Assembly (NCBI GenBank): GCA_905178155.1
Contig: CAJINV010000003.1
Coordinates: 1,545,557 to 1,609,556, forward strand
Length of the DNA: 64,000 nt
Direction of reading: 5' to 3'
Source: Amoebophrya sp. A120
Taxonomy: Eukaryota > Protista > Dinoflagellata
Positions 57,761-64,000 of the stretch are shown here, in pieces; the first letter of the stretch is position 1, and every line of letters starts with the position of its first letter. The notes under the pieces were generated by a model that worked only from the letters and a program-made list of their open reading frames with translations, searched no databases and was not told the DNA's origin. The translations under genes were made by a program, and so were the position numbers.

Positions 57761-60550
57761 ATGACGGAGTCCGGCGGATCTAGTTCTTCCAAGTCCTCGT
57801 TTGCGCACGTGCGTTCACTAACGGCGGGAGGTCGTCCACCCTCGGAGCAGCTTCTACATGCAGCCGGATCATCAGGAGCTGCAAACGGAGCGGCTGCAAC
57901 AAGCAGCACTGGAAGCACGACCGGCCCCAGTTCTCTTACTTCTGGTATTTTTTCATCTCCCAGCACGACTGATCCAGCGGCCACCGCACCTTCCGGAATT
58001 ACTAGTTCAACTGCTCCCGCAACAACCGCGGTAGAGGCTAATATTGCTGCCGGGGATCTTCATGCCACCACCACGACCGCAGCGGCCTCGTCCATGCTTG
58101 CGAGCGCGTATGATTCCATTACGGAAACGTACCACAGTGCCGTGAACGCAGTTTCTGGCCTCAGTCCTTTCTCCTCGGACAGCGCCGCGGAAAATGGGAG
58201 CGCCGCGGGCGGGTTTCTTACTGGCGGAATCATTCAAAGCATGGCGGAAGCCGCCGCTTACACCGGGGACCGCATTACGCAGGCCGCTTTTTCACCTCTG
58301 TTCCTGGTGATGGCGACCAGTTTTGCGCTTTCCTCGATGAGCCATTTGGCGTATCGGACTCCACAGCACCCCCCCCTTATGCGGTTAGAAGGCATGAGCA
58401 GCAACATAGAAATATAGGACGGCACCAGAGCAAGAAAAAGAACGTAGCTCATGGTAAGTACGCGTGACACACAAAACTTCATGTGTGGCACCAGTGCATT
58501 TTTGCATGGTTTTGTCACCACGCAACATCGAGCTAAGAGGTAACACCAACTCCAAGGCCAAGGGCTGGAGTTGCTCATTTGCATCACAAACTATTGCAGG
58601 GGAGGAGACGCTGCGCACTGTCATAGGGCGTTGCTATACCAATCGCGGAAGGCCAATCGCATCATCACCGGTTTTTATCAGGCCGTAGTCGGCGAGTCGT
58701 GTATCTTCCAGAACAACGTGCCATTCGGTGATTTTGAAGCACGGCTGGAAACGTTGCTGGTGATACTGCGAGGACTACTGGACGAGTATGTAAGCGTTGG
58801 AAAAAAAGTAGCGCGCTTCTACGTGTTGGACGGACAAAGCTCTTTTGTTCGGTACGTGAACGGAAAGAACAAGATGCGGAGAAGTTGTGCGGAAGAAGAT
58901 CAAGGACAGGGCGTTGGTCAAGCCTTTCCCCTGGGACCACAAGCTGAGTTATTCGCGCGAGACGAAGCAGATTTCGAGGACGTACTGGAGGAGGTTCGCA
59001 TCTGGCGCAACGATCATTTCCTAGGTTTTAACGGCTTTGCTACTCCGAGACCTTTTGCGTTGGATCCACGAAGCTCGCCGGACATGACCAAGAGGAAGCA
59101 AACTGCAGGGTCCAGCAAGCCGTTCGAATACAATTATGAAAATGCTCATGAGCTGCAAGGAGCTCCTTCGGGTTCGGAAACAGATGCAGCTCCTGCTGTG
59201 CCCCAGGAAGGCCTCGTGGTGTTTTACTTTTCCAACTCCGCGAGCACTGTGATCGAACCGACAGCGTACACGCCAACATCGCTCGGCGCGGATTTTTGGA
59301 GAGACAATGGAGCAGCGGCTCCTGCTGCAAGTATCCCGACATCTGCGGTGTCCACCCCTGCTGGTGCTGCCGGTGGACTACATGCAGGAGCCACATCTTC
59401 TCAGTTAGAAGCTGGCTCCGAAACAAGCCGGGTGTTTCTTTTTGATCATTTACTGGGCCCTTTTCATGTAGAGGGAAATAATGCTGCGCAGCGCAATATG
59501 GTTACGTTGGGCGGCGAGATTCTGTTGGGTTCCAACACGAGCGGCACTTTTCGCAACATCAGCTTTCGGAATCCGCCTTTGGTTCCACCCGAGAAACAAC
59601 AGCCAGCATCCTCATCGGAGGAGGTCGCGGAGCAGCAGCTGCATGGCGGCGCAGGCGAGGGACTTGGTGTGGATGCGGAAGTGCAACATCGCAGCCTGCA
59701 GTTTGTGGACCGAACGAATACTGAAGCCAAGGCAGCGCAGGCCACCTCCCAGCCACCTAGACCGGCAACTCCTCCAGCTGCAGCTCAAGAACTTCGATCA
59801 CCTGGTCCTCGTGGTGGCACAGCCGTGGCGACGCTGCAAAGCAGCCGAGGTGCTCTGCGCTACGAAACTACAGGAGGTAGTACTACTTCCCCGTCAGACG
59901 ACCACGTGGCCTCCGCTCCTACTTACGTCGAGTTTTCCCGCAGTTGCGAAGTTTTCCGCGCCTCTCCGTATTACCCGTACCTGGCTGGCCGCGGGGCATC
60001 CACCGCGCAGCGCGCAACCTCAAAACAGCGAGAAAAGTTTCTGCGCGTCAGCTCTGTGTACCCAACAACGACGAGGGGACGGAACAAGCATGAGGTGGAC
60101 TTCTTCGGTCGCCAAGTTGTCACGGCTAGGGACGCAGGCGAGCCAATAAACGGAAGAGGACCACCGTCGGCCGGCGGCTACTTCCTCGAGTCCGCACTCT
60201 CCTTCATCGAGTCCAGTGCGGAGCGAATGGTGTCCGGCCTTTTCCGTCGGGCGGAACAGCAGGAGGATCACCCCGAATTGCTGCAAAACGTCTCAACTCT
60301 GTCCCCACATGGTACAACAACCCACACCGCGCAAAATCGCGCCGTGATTCCGCTCTTGAAACGCCAGGTCGCAGGGTCGGACCCACTGATCCACCGCTCT
60401 TTGCCACGACAGTGGTCCGGATCCTCTGTCGAAGGGGGAGTGCAGTTCGAGGAACCCGCGCCCGCAGTACCGCCCAGAGTGCTTCAGGCAGCTGGCGTTG
60501 GTGGACCACAGCCGCATCACGCCAAGGCGTTTAAACAGCAGAAAAAGTAA
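57761..60550 (+). CDS. Hypothetical protein with one hydrophobic segment, interrupted by an old introner
   Basis: Two long ORFs join as SMSHLA-LLYQSRK after excision. Confidence 0.7.
58352..58625. mobile_element. Degenerate introner, 274 bp, repeat TGGCG/GGGCG
   Basis: TA termini, weak TIR, internal gcatcaca motif, frame restored. Confidence 0.75.
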
Positions 60551-61067
60551 AGTGCTCTTTTTAATTGTTGCAGGAAAGTTGTATTCCAAGCCCAGAGGCT
60601 GAGGCGAGCTCCAACTCCCTTTGCACGCTCCCGCAGATGAATTAAACGCATAAGCTATTGCCAGACTGCTGCTGCTCTGTGATACGAGACACAATCGTAA
60701 ACATCATACTGGGGGGACGATGAAGAACGCTTCTTGTTCGACGGGTGAAGACGAAGTCAAACTGTGACCGCAAGACTGTGCTGAATAATGTTGGAGCGAG
60801 CGAGAAAAGCAAGAAAATCTGAGCGAAGCATCTGCAAGATCATAGAGTATGAGTGGGAGTTTGCGTTCTGTATATAAGAATAAGTAGGATGGCGGAGGGC
60901 GAGGGGGTGCTTTCAACAGTACAACAAGGAAAGCTCAAAGAATTTTTTTCACCACAGCTCTACTCATCGAGCCTGGTGGTACTTGCACGAAAAATGTTGC
61001 GTCACCACGATGGGATGATGACGATCACAAGATTTGCGGATCATTGCTGACCTCGACCAGATCAATC

Positions 61068-64000
61068 ATGGCCTCATCCGGACTAGACCTGGCGAGGAAA
61101 AACTCTTCGCATGCCGCGGATCTTATCTACCGCAGCCGCGGACCGAGCTATGCGAAGCTGCGGTACAACGAGGAAGCTGGTACATACGAGACACGGGAGA
61201 GGCGAGGGGGGAGTATGTTGTTTGCCAAGTCGAGCGGGCGGGGACTCCACGTCAGCTCCCGAAAACTTGCAATGGAAACAAACACGACTCGGTATTATTA
61301 ACTTAGCGATATGTGTTCTTGTTCCACATCCAGTAGATGCGTATAGATACTAAGAACGTGCTGGTGCTGAAAATCATGCGCTTCATGTTGGTTCGTCATT
61401 TACTTTCAGCGAGTAAAAATTCGTTTCGGCGAGCGAGGGTTCCTGTTCATCTGTTTCCATGATCTCTCATTCCGTTTCGAACGCATGAATGAATTGAAAT
61501 CTTGTAGGGATCGACGAAACCTTCGGCAAACGGGCAATATCGACACTGTGGCCATTGAGCCTCTACCGCCTGAGGGGGAAGCAGAGAGCGCCGTACACGA
61601 CCTCCGCGGTGAGTCTCTTGGCGAGGAAGGCGAGAACGCTGCTGCGTCACCATCTGCGAACAATGATCAGGCTATTCAGATAGAGGGTGAGGAGACCGCA
61701 AACAGCTCGACAAGCAATCGGAAGAAAGAGCCTAGCCGCGTGAATTCTCTGCGGGTGTTGCTGTTGGTGGCAATTTGTGCCGGTGTCCTCTTCAACGTGC
61801 TGAATGAGTGCAGACGCAAACTAACACGCTGGAAGCACAGCTTCTACGACCAGCCTGCCTACGTGCGCGCCGCCTTTGTAGAGGCCGACGAGGCCCGGCT
61901 GCAGGCCTTACAGGTCCTGGGGCTTGATTTCGCGTGGCTTGCAGCATCCGCGGGCCGGGACGGTGCACGGTTGCAGCACGAGGTTCCGGTGTGGGTCAAT
62001 GAGACGGAAACGGACGTTCGCAGAGGCATCTCTGCCGGGACCGGCACACAGCATGTGGCTCCGGAAGGGAGGAGTGCATTCGCACACGATTTGTCGATTT
62101 TTCTGAACGACTCGCAAAAGGCAGTAGATGACGCGGACGCGGAAACCCCCTTCAACGAGACGCAGCACGCTAAGCCGGCAGCAGGAGTTGTTGCGCGCGA
62201 CCCCATCGAGAACAACAGAGACGCAGATCGAGATCGTGCTGCACATCGCCGCTCGCGCGACCGTAGAAACCGCGAAGCAACTACGTTGGAAATGAATGAC
62301 ACTCGCGAGGGTGGTCCACGTCGGGTAGAGAAACGCTCCGATACAACCACCGCCGTCAAGGACGTGCACTTGCACAGCCACAAAGACCACGAATATTACA
62401 ACCAGCAGCACAAGAACAAAACCAGTAATGGCTCCGCAAGCGCGATGAAACGAAACGGGACGATATCTCCTATAGAACTTGAACTTCTAGCAGCTTCACC
62501 TTCGGATTCTGATCCGCTACCAAGCAAAACTACAGGCGACGACGAGGACCTGGAACTACGCGCGAGAGAGCAGGGAGGTGCGGAACTCTGGCGCTTGCTG
62601 TTTGAAGTGCTTTACGCCGTGCTAGCGGCCATGTTTTGCATCCCCGTCCAGGCGGCCGCTGGTGGGGGGATTCCGGAGGTGAAGTGCATGCTGACCGGCG
62701 TGCTGCTGCCCGACTACGTGTCGCGGTCGGTGCTGGTGTGCAAGTCGGTTGGACTCGTCCTCATTTTGGCCTGTGGGATCCCTTCGGGACAAGAGGGGCC
62801 CTTCGTGCACATCTGCATCTGTCTGCTCTCCATCCTGTATCAGGGAAAGATGCAGGTTAACACGCAGACGGTGCTCGCGCTCGTTGCCGTGGGGGTGGGA
62901 AACACCTTCAATGCCCCGATTGGCGGGGTGTTGACCGGATTGGAGCTCATGATGCCCAACGTCTACGACGTGACCACCTACTGGAAATGCTTCCTGGCTG
63001 CCATGCTTTATCCTAAGAAATCAGTTGATGTGTCGTCGCTTTCCAGGTTGGTATATTCATCGCGTCGGAACGGACACAAGATTGAAATACATGCTGGCAC
63101 TACTTGTTTCGCATCTACTTACTCCTCCTAAAAAGTCGTATTTTACTGTCGTGCCGCATTGGCAACTCATAGATTCAATCATTTGTTGAAGGCAGAGGTA
63201 CCATCCCTATCCTCCAGTCCGTTTCGTGAGGCAGTTCTGTGGGCCTGGACAGCGAAATAGAAATTTTCTTTGAAACTCGTTCGACTTACATTCGGTACCT
63301 GCTTTGCTTCGCGACGGACGAGAATCCGAAACCCTACTTGTCTTCCGATCTCAGCCTGTATGAGGGCACCTTCCAAGTCAGCAGCGTGGCTTCGGCGGGC
63401 ACCGACGGACCGGCTACTTCCGCATCCGTTTTTCCGGGCAGAGCGCAAGAAACCGCGAGCAGTGACCAAGAAGGTCACAGTACTTCTGCCACGGTAGCAA
63501 GTCGAAACCTGTTTGCCACGGTGGGCGGCTGGGTGTTTTACTTGGGGGTCGTGCAGATCGTTATTGGTGCGGTTTGCGGCTTCCTAAGCGGGGTCTTCAT
63601 TTTGCTACACCGAGCGCTGGTGCAGTATTTCATGAAGCCGTACATTCTCCAGGGAGGCGGTTCGCGCAAGCGGCGGGAGCGCAAGTCGGCGGGGAAAAGG
63701 ATCATAGAATATGTAAGCCGCACATACGACAGGCTGACAACAGGCGCCAGGCTATCCACCCCGAGCGACACGAAAAAATCGCAAATTATGGGCGGCGATG
63801 TTGCAGAGAAGAACGAACGCAACGAAGAACGAGAAGATGCTGCCGCTCCCACGAAACAAAAGCAGCACGATGCTGGGAACAACTACGTTTCCGCCGATAC
63901 TTTCAGTGTCAACGTGCCCGACGAAGTAGATGCGGATGCGAAGTCCAGAGCTCATGATGGCGAAGGAGCAGGCGCCACAAAAACATTCGCCGCCGCACGC
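61068..64000 (+). CDS. CLC-family chloride channel, 3'-partial; probable intron 61292-61507 and a second intron ~63009-63280
   Basis: GGGIPEVK, GQEGPFVHI, FNAPIGGVL, YWKCF; downstream exon contains IGAVCGFLSGVF. Confidence 0.85.
63009..63275. mobile_element. Possible highly decayed introner
   Basis: Begins TATC; tcgctttccagg could pair with cctggacagcga; no clear direct repeat; junction AAML-STYIRY is plausible. Confidence 0.45.

Noticed and set aside
1-64000. Spliced-leader relics, tRNA/rRNA genes, an autonomous transposase
   Set aside because: None recognised by eye; a covariance-model or HMM search could still find divergent ones

Overview
Eukaryotic, gene-dense window with about 17 genes, nearly all on the + strand. 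The architecture fits a syndinian dinoflagellate such as Amoebophrya (inference). The main signal is 14 (possibly 15) short MITE-like elements of 116-329 bp inserted inside coding exons of 6-7 conserved genes. Intact copies read 5-bp direct repeat + TA...terminal inverted repeats...TA + the same 5-bp repeat. Removing the element plus exactly one repeat restores the reading frame and conserved motif spacing, although most cannot be given GT-AG ends. Copies of one family sit in both orientations in sense genes, so they look like orientation-independent, non-canonical introner introns. Introner-type non-canonical introns are already known from Amoebophrya, so any novelty lies in the mechanistic details. 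Excising the elements in silico reveals genes the ORF track fragments: a Cys-less pentameric ligand-gated channel, a Prp5/DDX46 helicase with altered motif VI, a LOG-family protein, a syntaxin, a TET/JBP-like dioxygenase and a CLC channel. All coordinates and splice models were worked out by hand and need RNA-seq confirmation.
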